A stretch of 64,000 bases of DNA from Octopus sinensis (GCF_006345805.1 NC_043004.1:86242001-86306000), one strand, 5' to 3'. Positions 38,427 through 51,194 are shown, numbered from the stretch's first letter. Numbers and translations are program-made. The notes: generated from the letters alone by a model not told the origin.

Positions 38427-38469
38427 GTTGTTGTTGTTGTGGTTGTGGTTGTTGTTGTGTTGTTGTTGT

Positions 38470-38550
<81 letters not shown>

Positions 38551-39067
38551 AACGGTGGGCTGGCAGAATCGTTAGCATGTCGGACGAAATGCTTTGCGGT
38601 ATTTCGTCTGCCGCTACGTTCTGAGTACAAATTCTGCCTCAAATTCTGAGGTCGACATTGTCTATCACCCTCTGAAAGTCTTTGAAATAAGTACCAGTTG
38701 GGTACTGGTGCCGATTAATGCAATAATAATAATATATAGCTTCATACATATAAAAGGATCACATGAATATATTCACAAAGCACATTTGTGATTATATCCT
38801 GGTACCTCTTTTATTTCTTTAAGACGGCTATTCGCTTTATCGGTCTCAAGGACGTAAACAAACCAAAACCTGTTGTCAAGAGGTGGTGGAGGACACACAC
38901 AGATATAAAGACACACATACGCACGCATACACACACACACACACATACTATTATTAAAGTTGAAAATAATTTCAGCTTTAATAAATAGTATATTGCTCTA
39001 CTTTTGGTATTCGAGTACTATTTTCTCCACCTTGTTTTGCATCTATGTGCTTACTTGTATATATGTA

Positions 39068-39160
<93 letters not shown>

Positions 39161-39756
39161 CTACCAAATCCACTAACAAGGCTTTGGTCAGCCTTTAGCT
39201 TTAGTAGAAGAAACTTTCCCAAAGTGCTGTGCTGCGGAAATGAACCCGGAATCATGTAGTTGGGAGTCAAGCTTCATATCACACGAGGCGGCCAACTGGC
39301 AGAATCGTTAGCACGCCGGACAATATGCTTAGCGGCATTTCGTCCTGTCCTTACGTTCAGAGTTCCAATTCTGCCATGGTCGACTTTGCCTTTCTTCCTT
39401 TCGGGGTCGATAAAATAAGTACCAGTTGAATACTGGGGTCGATGCAACCGACTTAACCCTTCCACCGAAATTGCTGACCTTGTTTCAAGATTTGAAGCCA
39501 TTATATCCGATGTTACATTACACTATGAGCGTGAGCATCCTCTTAACATATCATTATTCCATGTGGAACTATAGGTACTTGTGGAACTATAGGTAACTTT
39601 AAAAACATATACAATCGTAAGAAATATTTTTGTTTATAAACATATGTGAACAAGCAGGCACGTGTGCATTCGTGTATGCAGAAGTGAAACTGCTCGTGTA
39701 TATACTTGTATATGTGTATGTTAGTGTTTGTATATGTGTCCATGCTAGCATTTAGT

Positions 39757-39990
39757 GAAGGCGCGTAGCTTAGTGGTTACAGAATTCGACTAACGATCGC
39801 CAGCGCATGAGTTCGATTCACAATAGACCGTTGTGTCGTTGAGCAAGACACTTTATTTTACGTTGCTCCAGTCCATTCAGTTGTCAAAAATTAGTCGTGC
39901 CTCAATGGGCCAACATTGTCACATTCTATGTCACGCTGAATCTCCCTGAAAATTATATTTATCACTCACTGAATGGAGTGCATTTTTGGG
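39757..39990 (+). mobile_element. SINE family C variant
   Basis: Same head and central motif with a different 3' part, related to 3830-4105 (-) and 50330-50450. Confidence 0.65.
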
Positions 39991-40060
39991 TGATCTCTCC
40001 AATAATGGAAAAGTTCACTAAATATATAAGTGTGTGTATTTATATATGTACGTATGTATG

Positions 40061-40155
<95 letters not shown>

Positions 40156-40167
40156 ATATTATTATTA

Positions 40168-40204
<37 letters not shown>

Positions 40205-40437
40205 CAGGGTGTCCCAAGTAGGTTTAAAGTTATCACGCAGGCACTCTAAAGTTCTTTTAAAACATTTTATTACGTTTACATTTCTATCTTACAAACTGAA
40301 AAGGGAGTTTGACAAAAGTAACTAAATTAGCATAGAATAATGGTTTCGTATTTTTTCATAATTAAGATTTAAACTGTTAATATATGAATGCAAAAGAGAT
40401 AGTTGAACAACTGTAAACCTACATTTGGGCCACCCTT
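40205..40437. mobile_element. Tc1/mariner-type MITE
   Basis: TA|CAGGGTGTCCCAAGTAGGTTTA ... TAAACCTACATTTGGGCCACCCTT|TA: imperfect ~22-bp TIRs and TA TSD. Confidence 0.7.
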
Positions 40438-40446
40438 TATGTATAT

Positions 40447-40486
<40 letters not shown>

Positions 40487-40854
40487 CTAGCACTATGACC
40501 CAGCAACGCCGGGTCATTGTTCTAGTGCATGCATAGACAGCTGCGTGCGTGCGCACATACACGCGAGTACTGTCCAAATCTCCGACCAATCACATACAGC
40601 TAGGTGGCATTCAAGTGGTGTATCAAGTTTTGGTCATTTTGATTGGGTTTTGATTGGGATAGAAAATTCACCAAAAAGTCACTTCTATTGATTTTTTTGG
40701 GCTTTGCGTGGTGACTGGGGAAATGTAAAGATGTGCACGACCACCCTTGGACGGTTTTGAATGACCATAGGAAGTGCGAGCCCTCTAACTGAAAAGTTGT
40801 GGATTTGTATAAAGGACACACACGCAGATATTTTGCCGTTTTTATATATAGAGA
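40487..40854 (-). mobile_element. Non-autonomous Helitron-type element (related subfamily)
   Basis: A|TC...CTAG|T termini, with subterminal hairpin ATGACCC-AGCAACGCC-GGGTCAT (plus-strand reading). Confidence 0.75.
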
Positions 40855-41225
40855 TAATCCAGATATGAAGTCAAAAAAGAGCCTATCGCATTTTTAATGG
40901 CCAGTTACAATTGTTTCTGTATTAATCCTGTTTTTAACGCCGATTGAGGCAAATGTTCCATATGAAAAGCTACGTAATGTCTGCGGTTTTAAACACTGGT
41001 GTGGCAATTCGTCAAACCAGCGACAAAGGTGCGTGCTTACATTATGCGTTTGTCAAGCGTTGTTGTTTCGTTTGTACCAAGAGAAAACAAAAAAGCATGA
41101 AGATGGAAACAAAAATAAGTATAAAGGTAAGACTGTGAAATGACGGACAGAGCAAACATAATGTTGATATTGAAGGTGAGTTGAGTGGTGTATTTGATAT
41201 ACCCCATCCTTCTATACTTCCTTTC

Positions 41226-41340
<115 letters not shown>

Positions 41341-41676
41341 AAAGAAGTTGAAAATGCATTGGGATTCATTTAGATTTTTTATTTTAAAAGTTTTAAAGAC
41401 TCAACTGGTTTCACAGATTTCTCTGAATTTCAAAAATTGAAAATCAGAAAATTATGAAACCGGTTGAGTCTTTAAAAATTTTTCAATAAAAAATGTAAAC
41501 GAATTCCAGTGCATTTTCTATTTCTCTTTTTTTTCTATATTTCTATCCGTGTAGAACAAAATAACTGTGTTTTCTATATATGTATGTATGTATGACATAT
41601 ATAAATATATATGTATGTATATATAAAATTGTGTGTGATGCATGTATGTTAGTGTGTGTGTGCGTTGTGACCATAC

Positions 41677-41748
41677 GGAATACAAGAGGAAGATGTATGA
41701 AATTACAAGGACTACTACAAAGATGGTTTGCGCCACATCGTCGGCCAT
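41677..41748 (-). CDS. Candidate first coding exon of an unidentified membrane or secreted protein (MADDVAQTIFVVVLVISYIFLLYS)
   Basis: AAATT-ATG-G context, a hydrophobic helix, and a possible phase-0 donor GTATGG at 41676-41671. CCAAT and GC motifs lie upstream. No downstream exon identified. Confidence 0.3.
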
Positions 41749-41809
41749 AATTTCTCAGTGAACCGATCTAGGTTCGATACCCATCTATAACCATTTCCTT
41801 TGATCTGAT

Positions 41810-41940
41810 CTGCTCGCTCTATTGGACACTAACCATGAACGTCACACACACCCCTTCTTCCATACCACTCAAATCAATAGGGGTGGTCACACTTGCATCA
41901 CCAATAGTCCCGCCACGGTTGTCATTATTCATCGCACTAG
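41810..41940 (-). promoter_or_regulatory. Candidate promoter
   Basis: Non-repetitive sequence with CCAAT motifs at about 41820 and 41900, TCCCGCCA, and a TGACGT half-site, 70-190 nt upstream of the candidate ATG. Confidence 0.3.
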
Positions 41941-42189
41941 TTTTTACAGGATAAATATTTATCCGTATTTTATATATTTATATAACTATTTATTGTATCC
42001 GTTTAATTATGAGTGAAATAAATAAATCTATACATTTTGATGGATACTTCTTTGTCGTTTTTAATTGGTTTTTTTTATTCACTTTTCCATTTTTTTCTCT
42101 TTTAAGTTTCAGGTCCTTCTGGAACCAAGGATTTTTGAACTTTCAATATATGCTTGTGTTTCGGTTTGTTTTTTGATTTTTTTTCTGTT

Positions 42190-42237
42190 TTCATCACCAT
42201 CATCATCCTAATCATCACCACCATCATCATTATCACA

Positions 42238-42268
<31 letters not shown>

Positions 42269-42566
42269 TCATCATCATTATTATTATTATCATCATCATC
42301 ATCCTTATTATTATTATTATCATTATTATCATTATTATTATTATTATTATTATTATTGTTGTTGTTGTTGTTGTTATTATTATCATTATTATTACTATTA
42401 TTATTGTTGTTGTTGTTGTTATTATTATTATTATTATTGTTGTTGTTGTTGTTATTATTATTATTATTATTACTATTATTATTGTTGTTGTTGTTGTTAT
42501 TATTATTATTATTGTTATTATTATTATTATTATTATTATTGTTATTATTATTTTCATTATTATTAT
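42190..42566. repeat. Compound (CAT)n(TAT)n(TGT)n trinucleotide array
   Basis: Direct reading. Confidence 0.95.
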
Positions 42567-42685
42567 ATGTTTGACTTTTGCGTTGCACTTGAACAAGTTG
42601 GCTCCAAGTCTCATCCAGAGACCTCAAGAGACAGCAAGCTAGAAGTTCATGCTGGTGTTATGCCTAAGGTGTCATGTATTTGGTT
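42567..42685 (-). mobile_element. Dong/R4 second-lineage 3' UTR fragment with a long (TAA/CAA/GAT)n tail
   Basis: ATGTTTGACTTTTGC...CAAGTTGGCTCCAAGTCTCA...GAGACCTCAAGAGACA closely matches 55741-55810. The tail array spans 42190-42566. Confidence 0.8.
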
Positions 42686-42751
42686 TTGCCCATAGTGTTG
42701 TTCTAGAGAATGCTTAAGAAAACATTAGAAAACTATGAGTTTGTTTTAAAA

Positions 42752-43097
42752 AGTTTCCGTCTACCAAATCCACTCACAAGGTTTTGGTCGACTCGAGGCT
42801 ATAGCCAGCAGAAGACACATGCCAAATTTCACGCAGTGAGACTGAACTCAGAATCTGTGTGGTTGGGAAGCAAATTTCTTACCACACAACCACGCCTGCA
42901 AATATATAACTGTTATAATTTTATATAAAATATATGTAGGAGCGGCTGTGTGGTAAGTAGCTTGCTTACCAACTACATTGTTCCGGGTTCAGTCCCACTG
43001 CGTGACACCTTGGGCAAGTGTCTTTTACTATAGCCTCGGTTCGACCAAAGCCTTGTGAGTGGATTTAGCAGGCGGAAACTGAAAGAAGCCCGTCGTA

Positions 43098-43182
<85 letters not shown>

Positions 43183-43352
43183 ATCACCGATGCTGATGTG
43201 TTTACGTCCCCGTAATCTGTTCGGCGAAAGAGACCGATAGAATAAGTACTAGGCTTACAAAGAATAAGCCCTGGGGTCGATTTGCTCGACTAAAGGCGGT
43301 GCTCCAGCATGGCCACAGTCAAATGACTGAAACAAGTAAAAGAGTAAAAGAG
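42752..43352. mobile_element. Head-to-head SINE-A pair (minus partial, plus full)
   Basis: Minus copy 42752-42900, AT-rich spacer, plus copy 42937-43352. Confidence 0.85.
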
Positions 43353-43814
43353 AGTTCCCTGTAACGCTAACCACCGTGTTCTAACGTGTATAAGGAACCC
43401 CCTAATTTGAGGGGGGGGGCTTAAACTTGGAAAAAAGGTTCTGTAAGAGATTACAATACTATCCATGTATAAGAAACTCCCATATTTTTTTCACCTAATT
43501 TTTGACAAAAAAGGGTTTCTTATACACATTAAAATACGGCATATACTCGTTCTGTCCGTTGGTTAAGTCACACTCTTTACATGAAATTATGGGCGTCGCT
43601 ATCATCGCTTCCGATGTCTATCGCGAATTACTTTCATTATTTTTAGGGCAACTTACCTTCACTTTTTTACTTCCGTGAACTGTATGTTAACTTTTTCTTT
43701 CTTTCTTTACTCCCAAAATTTATATACTTCTTACTGATAAATTTTAATCACCTTTAAGCTCAATACTATCCGTTTGTCAATCTCTAGTTTTGATCACACT
43801 AAAGCAGAATAAGT

Positions 43815-44075
43815 GGAGGCGCGTGGCTTAATGGTTAGGGTGTCAGCATCATGATCGTAAGATTGTGGTTTCGATTCCTGGACCGGACGACGCGTTGTGT
43901 TCTTGAGCAAAGCACTTCATTTCACGTTGCTCCAGTTCACTCAGCTGGCAAAAATGAGTAACGCTGCGATGGACTGGTGTCCCGTCCAGCTGGGAAACAC
44001 ATATACCATTGAAACCGGGAAACCGGGCCCATGAGCCTGGCTAGGCTTTAAAAGGGCGCATTTATTTTTTATTTA
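43815..44075 (+). mobile_element. SINE family C/D with a CTGCGATGGACTGG-CCCGTCCAG block
   Basis: tRNA-like head; 3' half shared with 46225-46335 and 61100-61220. Confidence 0.75.
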
Positions 44076-45025
44076 AAGCAGAATAAAGGAAGAATCAACA
44101 CATTATCCGTGTGGCCTGTTTAGAAAGAAACCAAGAACTCGGTCGCCAAATTAATACGTTGCACTGATTACTCTGAGCTGTCGACTCATCTTTAATATTT
44201 TTATTCGAATCGGAGGCTGATTAATTGCCGAGTTTCATTCTTAATTAATTTAACGGTGCAGTGAATATTTTTCAAAATCCACGGATGTTCGTTCACATTT
44301 TTCTTTAATGAAAAATTTTGACATTTCTCATTTGTAATCTTTCTGTCATGTTTAGATTAAATTCTGGTTTTCTGTCATATTTTAGTTTTGAGGGCTGGGG
44401 ATATTTTTTCCCCTTTTTCAAGCAAAGTCAGCAGGCACAAGCATGGCTGAGTGGTTAAGGAGCTCTCTTTACAAGGTTGTGGTTTCGTGTTCAGTCCTAC
44501 TGCACAGCACCCGGGACACGTGGCTTCTATTATAACTCCGGGTAATCAATTCCTTTTGAGTGAATTTGGTAGACGGAAACTGTGTGGAAGCTTGTCATGT
44601 ATATATATGGGTGTCGGTGTCGATGCTTGTCCCACACCACCGCTTGACAACTGGTGTTGGTTTGATTTGTTTTTTTACTTAGCAATTCGGCAAAAGAGAC
44701 CGATAGAATAACTCTAGTCTTTAAAAGTAAGTACTAAGGTCAATTTTTTCGACTAATGCAAAAGAAAAAAACCATCTATTTATCCACCAATCTAAACAAA
44801 ATCCACTTAGCCACCAATTTATTTGTCGACTTCCAAGATGAAAAGAGGGAATTAAAGTTAACAGGATTTTAACTCAGAGCATTGAGAAAGCCATTAGTTA
44901 TTTTATGCAACGTTCAAAGGTAGTGCTTCTCAGACATTTTTGACTCGAAGCCATTTTCTTTGAATGATACGTTGTGAACACACCGCGATACGTTGTGATG
45001 AATATTTAAAATAATTATTATTCGG

Positions 45026-45357
45026 AAGGTTTTGGTCGGCTCGAGGCTATAGCCAGCAGAAGACACTTGCCAAAGTTGTCACGCAGTGAGACTGAACTCA
45101 GAATCCGTGTGGTTAGGAAGCAAATTTCTTACCACACAACCACGCCCGCAAATATATAACTTTTATAATTTTATATAAAACATATGTAGGAGTGGCTGTG
45201 TGGTAAGTAGCTTGCTTACCAACTACATGGTTCCAGGTTCCTTCCCACTGCGTGGCACCTTGGGCAACTGTCTTCTACTATATCCTCGGGCCGACCAAAG
45301 CCTTGTGAGTGGAATTGGTAGACGGAAACTGAAAGAAGCCCTTCGTATATATGTATG

Positions 45358-45388
<31 letters not shown>

Positions 45389-45590
45389 ATGTATGTGTGT
45401 GGTGTGTTTGTCTGTGTTTGTTACCCCACCATCGCTTGACAACCGATGCTGGTGTGTTTACGTCCCCGTAACTTAGCGGTTCGGCGTAAGAGTTCGATAA
45501 AATAAGTACTAGGCTTACAAAGAATAAGTCCTGGGGTCGATTTGCTCGACTAAAGGCGGTGCTCCAGCATGGCCACAGTCAAATGACTGG
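45026..45590. mobile_element. Duplicate of the head-to-head SINE-A pair
   Basis: Shares the unique spacer GCAAATATATAAC.TTATAATTTTATATAAAA.ATATGTAGGAG with 42898-42942. Confidence 0.85.
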
Positions 45591-45627
45591 CAGAATGGTT
45601 AGCACGTCGGGTGAAATGCTTAGCCGT

Positions 45628-46008
45628 ATGACTTGGTCGTACTGCATGTTAAAATCCCAGGGTATCTTGTAATGTTCATTTTCAATTACTCTCTCTGGCT
45701 TGTGTTCCATACCATTGTTCGGCTCTCTCGAGGTTTGCTTTACTGCACTACAGCCAGTGGATATATCCGGCCACATCGTCGTGTTTCCTTTTGTATTCAC
45801 GTTGTACGAGCTTACAGCGCTCACTAACAGTATGGCTTATACTTTCTCTCTTCTCAGAGCACATCTACACTGTGGCGAGTCAGTGCTTTTATCAATGTGA
45901 TATTTGGAGTAGTTTGTTCTGAGAACTGGTTCTTGAGCGCTGCACACTAATGCCTCAGTGGTCCTTTTAAGTCTCCTTACTGCAGCCATTGCCAGGTTCT
46001 ATTCCTAT
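45628..46008 (-). mobile_element. Decayed Dong/R4 fragment (third lineage), thumb/CCHC/pre-REL region
   Basis: Minus-strand translation across stops and shifts: TWQWLQ*GDLKRTTEALVCSAQE..LRTNY..., EYKRKHDDVAGYIHW, HKPERVIENEHYKIPWDF. This aligns by eye with the full-length element. The 5' junction abuts (ATT)n at 46008-46023. Confidence 0.8.
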
Positions 46009-46024
46009 TATTATTATTATTATT

Positions 46025-46335
46025 GGATGTGAAATGGCCCAGTGGTTAGGGCAGCGGACTCGCGATCGGAGGATCGCGGTTTCGATTCCCAGACCGGGCG
46101 TTGTGTGTGTTTATTGAGCGAAAACACCTAAAAGCTCTAAGATGCTCCGGCAGGGAGGGAAGACGATCTCTGTTGTACTCTTTCGCCCCAACTTTCTCTC
46201 ACTCTTTCTTCTTGTTTCTTGAGTAACGCTGCGATGGACTGGCGTCCCGTCCAGCTGGGGGAACACATACGCCATAGAAACCGGGAAACCGGGCCCATGA
46301 GCCTGGCTAGGCTTGAAAAGGGTGCATAAAAAAAA
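46025..46335 (+). mobile_element. SINE family D (related copies at 30140-30440 - and 60945-61225 +)
   Basis: Head GGCCCAGTGGTTAGGGCAGCGGACTCGCG...TTCGATTCCC, followed by TTGAGCGAAAACACCTAAAAGCTC. Confidence 0.75.
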
Positions 46336-46423
46336 TTATTGTTATCATCATCATCATCATCATCATCAGTAGCAGCAGCAGCAGCAGCAGTAGTAGTAAT
46401 AGTAGTAGTAGTAGTAGTAGTAA

Positions 46424-46491
<68 letters not shown>

Positions 46492-47042
46492 TATTTATTT
46501 CTGTATAAATCTGAAGGAATACATAGGTGAATGACGTTCGGCTGACATGGTAAGGGTTATATCAGAGAAACTCAACAGCTGTATGTTTATCAAGCGTGAG
46601 ATAAAAGTGAAAACAACATGTATACACGATATACAGACCAGCGCATATCCACCCTGAAACATATCTACATTCATACACACACAAGCACGCGTCTAACCCT
46701 CACTTGTACTCACGTTGTGTGCGCGTGTGGAAATGTAACTGAATGGATATATTAGCACTTATGTTCATAAACATATAATTATATTTCAAAGTGTGTGTTT
46801 ACCTATATAGTTATACGCACTACTCTATGTATGTATATATTTATATCTATTTATATGCGTGTCTATATATGTGTGTATGTATATATATATATATATATAT
46901 GTATGTATGCGTATATATATATATAATATATATATACATATGTACACATAGATACACATATACACACACACAAACATGTTTATGAACATATACTTAGTTT
47001 ATAAGGTGTATGTAGGTATATGTATGTGTGTATGTATTAGTA

Positions 47043-47106
<64 letters not shown>

Positions 47107-47294
47107 CATATACACATATATATACACACATATACACATATATACACACATATATATATATACATATATATATATAAGTGTATGTATGTATGTATGTATG
47201 TAGTATGTATGTATGTATGTATAAAGTAACAACTGAAGAAAAGAAATCCTTCAAAGGGGTGTGTTATATTTAATTGATATATGTATATAAATTG

Positions 47295-47682
47295 GAAGAA
47301 AATGGAGGAAAAATAACAGGAAGAAGTTGGTCGCTGCGCTATTAAACCATTAATTTAATTAATTAATAAAGAAGAGTGGTAGTAATAGTACATTTACGAT
47401 CGTTTCTGTTTACCAGTTGTAGTGGTAGACTAGAAATCTACTATAATGTAAGACTCACCATTCTTTGTCTTTATTCTCGTTACCAATGTATCCCTATGTC
47501 TTTCGCTCTTCTTACCTCTACATATGACTATGCATTCTGATGATGTCTACCACTGCAACTGGTAAACAGCAACGATCGTAAATCTACTATTACTACCACT
47601 TTTTTTTTATTAATTAATTAAATCAATGGCTTGCTAGCGCAAACGACCAACTTCTTCTTGTTATTTTTCCTCCATTTTCTTC
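47295..47682. repeat. Imperfect inverted repeat with ~136-bp arms and a 114-bp spacer
   Basis: Arms 47295-47430 and 47545-47682, e.g. GAAGAAAATGGAGGAAAAATAACA versus TGTTATTTTTCCTCCATTTTCTTC. Confidence 0.9.
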
Positions 47683-47852
47683 TTGGATATAATTTAAACT
47701 ACGGTTTACCCGCTTAATTACCTGCTATTGTATACCTTTCACCAAGGATAGTACCTACGCAGGTAATCACCAGGAGCGCCTTCGGATTTAACCATCCCGT
47801 AGAGGCTTTAAAAACCTCTAACTTATACCTATATATATATATATATATCTAC

Positions 47853-47912
<60 letters not shown>

Positions 47913-48079
47913 GTCTTATATATATATACAAGAGTGAAAAGTAGGAATGCATCTAGCAGTTCCTTATAACTATTAAAAAGACCCGGGGTCTTTCGCTCTT
48001 CTGTTTTACAGCAATATGTATGTTTGTATATGTGTGTGTGTGTTTGTGTGTGTATTCGTATTTATTACTCATACATGTG

Positions 48080-48111
<32 letters not shown>

Positions 48112-48265
48112 TGGTGTGTGGTGTGTGTGTGTGTGTATGTGGTGTGTATATAGATATATAGTATATATACATATATATATATGATGTGTATATATTATAT
48201 ATATATATATACATACATATATATATAACACACACATACACAACACACACACACCACACACACAC

Positions 48266-48302
<37 letters not shown>

Positions 48303-48339
48303 AGAGAGAGGGGGAGAGAAGTAGAAAAGAAAATACCCA

Positions 48340-49500
48340 GGGAAATGTTTCGTTCAATAAAGAAACACCACACCAGCAGCATAAATTCCAAAATGATTAT
48401 ATCATTCAGCAAAACGATATTGACCCAAGGAGCCCCATTTTAAAATTAAGTGATAAACGTGAGCGGGTTCATTAAATATTAGAATACATAGTTAAAGCCA
48501 CACATAACGAACAATTGACCAAATAAACATAGAAAATGAAACACCACTTGTTTAAACCTGCTTTTAGATTAGCAACAAACATGAAATCATTCTCAGCATT
48601 AATCACTATACAATCCCATCCGACCAAGCTATTCAATAGCAACAACACAAAAGTCAGCTACAGCTGGCTAAAAAACAAAAAAGAAAATATTGAAACAAGA
48701 TATTTGAGCCATGAAGAACTATATATCTAGGACCCAGGACTCATAGACGAAAAGAGATATAACTGAAACTGATCGAACCATACCAGCTTAGTAGAAATTT
48801 ATTTTAAAAAGAAAGTGAACGATAAGAAAAAAATATTGCATGGGCAAACACGCAAAATCTACGTTGAAACAAATTCAATTATTCAAAACCAGTATCCACA
48901 GAAGAAACTACTGAATTCCCGTATGGAAGCACATGTTGGTTCTCATGGAAAATAATATAAATCGGTATAAACTGGATATAAGCTATTAAGCAGCGAGAAA
49001 GGGCGACAGCTTTGAAACAGATATAAAATACAAACTTCACCACAATGTTAGTTAAAAGCATCTTTGGATATTTCAGAAATAAAAACAACAATCCATGATG
49101 TAAACAGAACGACGACTTTAGCAAAACAGGATATGAATGATGTAATAAACAAGCTGATACCGGACAACTACTGACCAAGGCAATGATTCTGTGATAAACG
49201 AATGCACCAACATTAACATAACAAGTGGCACTTTACGAAAAAACAAGATACCATCTCACATTCGAAAGACAGAGACCGACTGACGACAGAATATAAGCGA
49301 TATGCAATCAGAACAGTGAACAATATAGAGATAACCTATTTCCAAAAAATAAACAGCTGCAGGAAAGCAGGATCTAAAAAACGATAGCCATAGGCAAACA
49401 TAAAGTCTCTAAGGTATACAAAACTATCCCTCACATATATAAATCGTATGCATTGAATAATGACGATTCTTGTTCGATGACCGCTTAAGTTTCTGGGAAA
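48340..49500 (+). mobile_element. Highly decayed Penelope-like element (RT-EN linker and GIY-YIG region)
   Basis: HPTKLFNSNNTKVSYS resembles the PLE linker motif KIFNRNNVKVSYSC; a downstream KKYCMGK...STLKQ segment is YIG-like. Many stops. Confidence 0.5.
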
Positions 49501-49631
49501 AGAATCAAGGTTAGATAAACAATATATTTTATACCGTGCATTGAGTGCAAAATTTTATTTCGTAAATAAACATCATGTGTGTGTGTGTGTATGTTGTATA
49601 CGTACATATACATATATATATATATATATAT

Positions 49632-49800
49632 AGGCGCACGAATGGTTGTGTGGTAAGTAGCTTGCTTACCAACCACATGGTTCCAGGTTCATTCCCACTG
49701 CGTGGCACCTTGGGCAAGTGTCTTCTACTATAGCCTCGGGCCGGCCAAAGCCTTGTGGGTGGATTTGGTAGACGGAAACTGAAGGAAGCCCGTCGTATAT

Positions 49801-49857
<57 letters not shown>

Positions 49858-50084
49858 ACATATTTGTGTGTCTGTGTCTGTCCCCCCCACCATCGCTTGA
49901 CAACCAATGGTGGTGTGTTTAAGTCCCTGTAACTTAGCGGTTCGGCAAAAAGGACCGATAGATAGAATAAGTATTAGGCTTACAAAAAATAAGTCATGGT
50001 TCGATTTGCTCGACTAAAGGCGGTGCTTCAGCATGGTCGCAGTCAAATGACTGAAACAAGTAAAAGAGTAAAAGAGTAAAGAGT
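49632..50084 (+). mobile_element. SINE family A, full copy
   Basis: Same architecture; carries the variants TGTGGGTGG and CTGAAGGAAG. Confidence 0.85.
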
Positions 50085-50113
50085 ATATATATGTATATAT
50101 ATATATGTATATA

Positions 50114-50163
<50 letters not shown>

Positions 50164-50200
50164 ATAATATATATACATACATATACACACACACGCACCC

Positions 50201-50253
<53 letters not shown>

Positions 50254-50629
50254 ATATATACATAACATACACACACGCACCCACATACAAGGACATAAAC
50301 TGGTACTACATCGGTTACGATGACGAATATGCTGTTTGATTCGGTCAACGCATCAACCTGCACGTGAAACTGACTTGCGAGTGGCCGAGTACTCCACAGA
50401 CATGCGTATCAAGGAGATTCCGCGTGACACAGAGTGTAACAAAGCTGAATTACAGGAACACACACGCACACACATTAATATATTTTCAAAACGAAAACAT
50501 AAACTTTTATAGGCTGGAAACAGGCGTCCTCAATATAGAATACTCTTCGAAATGCTCAAGAGATTTGAACTTGAGCCGTAATGAGAAGCAACTTCGGCAA
50601 GACCATTTACACAGAATATGCTTTTCTAC

Positions 50630-51190
50630 CCTTGGCACAAAGCCTGAAATTTGGTTGGGGTGGGGGAAGCAGTCGATTGGATCGACCCCAGTATGCAACT
50701 AGTTCTTAATTTATCGACCTCGAAAGGATGAAAGACAAAGTCGACCTCGGGGGAATTTGAACTCAGAACATAAAGACAGTCGAAATACCTATTTCTTTAC
50801 TAACCACAAGGGCTAAACACAGGGGACGATCAAGGACAGATACACGGATTAAGTCGATTATATCGACCCCAGTGCGTAACTGGTACTTATTTAATCGACC
50901 CCGAAAAATGAAAGACAAAGTCGACCTCGGTGGAATTTGAACTCAGAACATAAAGACAGTCGAAATACCTATTTCTTTACCACCCACAAGGGGCTAAACA
51001 CAGAACGGACAAACAAAGACAGACGAACGGATTAAGTCGATTATATCGACTCCAGTGCGTAACTGGTACTTATTTAATCGACCCCGAAAGGATGAAAGGC
51101 AAAGTTGACCTCGGGTGAATTTGAACTCAGAACAGAACGACAGTCGAAATACCGCTAAGCATTTCACCCGGCGTGCTAACGTTTTTGCCA
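50630..51190 (-). mobile_element. Concatemer of about 3 head-truncated SINE-B units (~180-bp period)
   Basis: Units begin at about 50707, 50889 and 51071; the junction GAAATACCTATTTCTTTAC is repeated. Confidence 0.85.
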
Positions 51191-51194
51191 ACTA

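Larger units (their letters stand above)
36728..38548. repeat. Tandem duplication with a period of about 956 bp (SINE-B fragment, 460-bp element, TTA/TTG/TAA array)
   Basis: The unit start AAAACAGTGAGCTGACATAATTG occurs at 36728 and 37684. I saw only about 3 differences in the unique parts. Confidence 0.9.

Noticed and set aside
42208-42627. ORFs beginning MRSLDETWSQLVQ and MRLGANL (also 55555-55788)
   Set aside because: These are read from the Dong 3' UTR and its trinucleotide tail.
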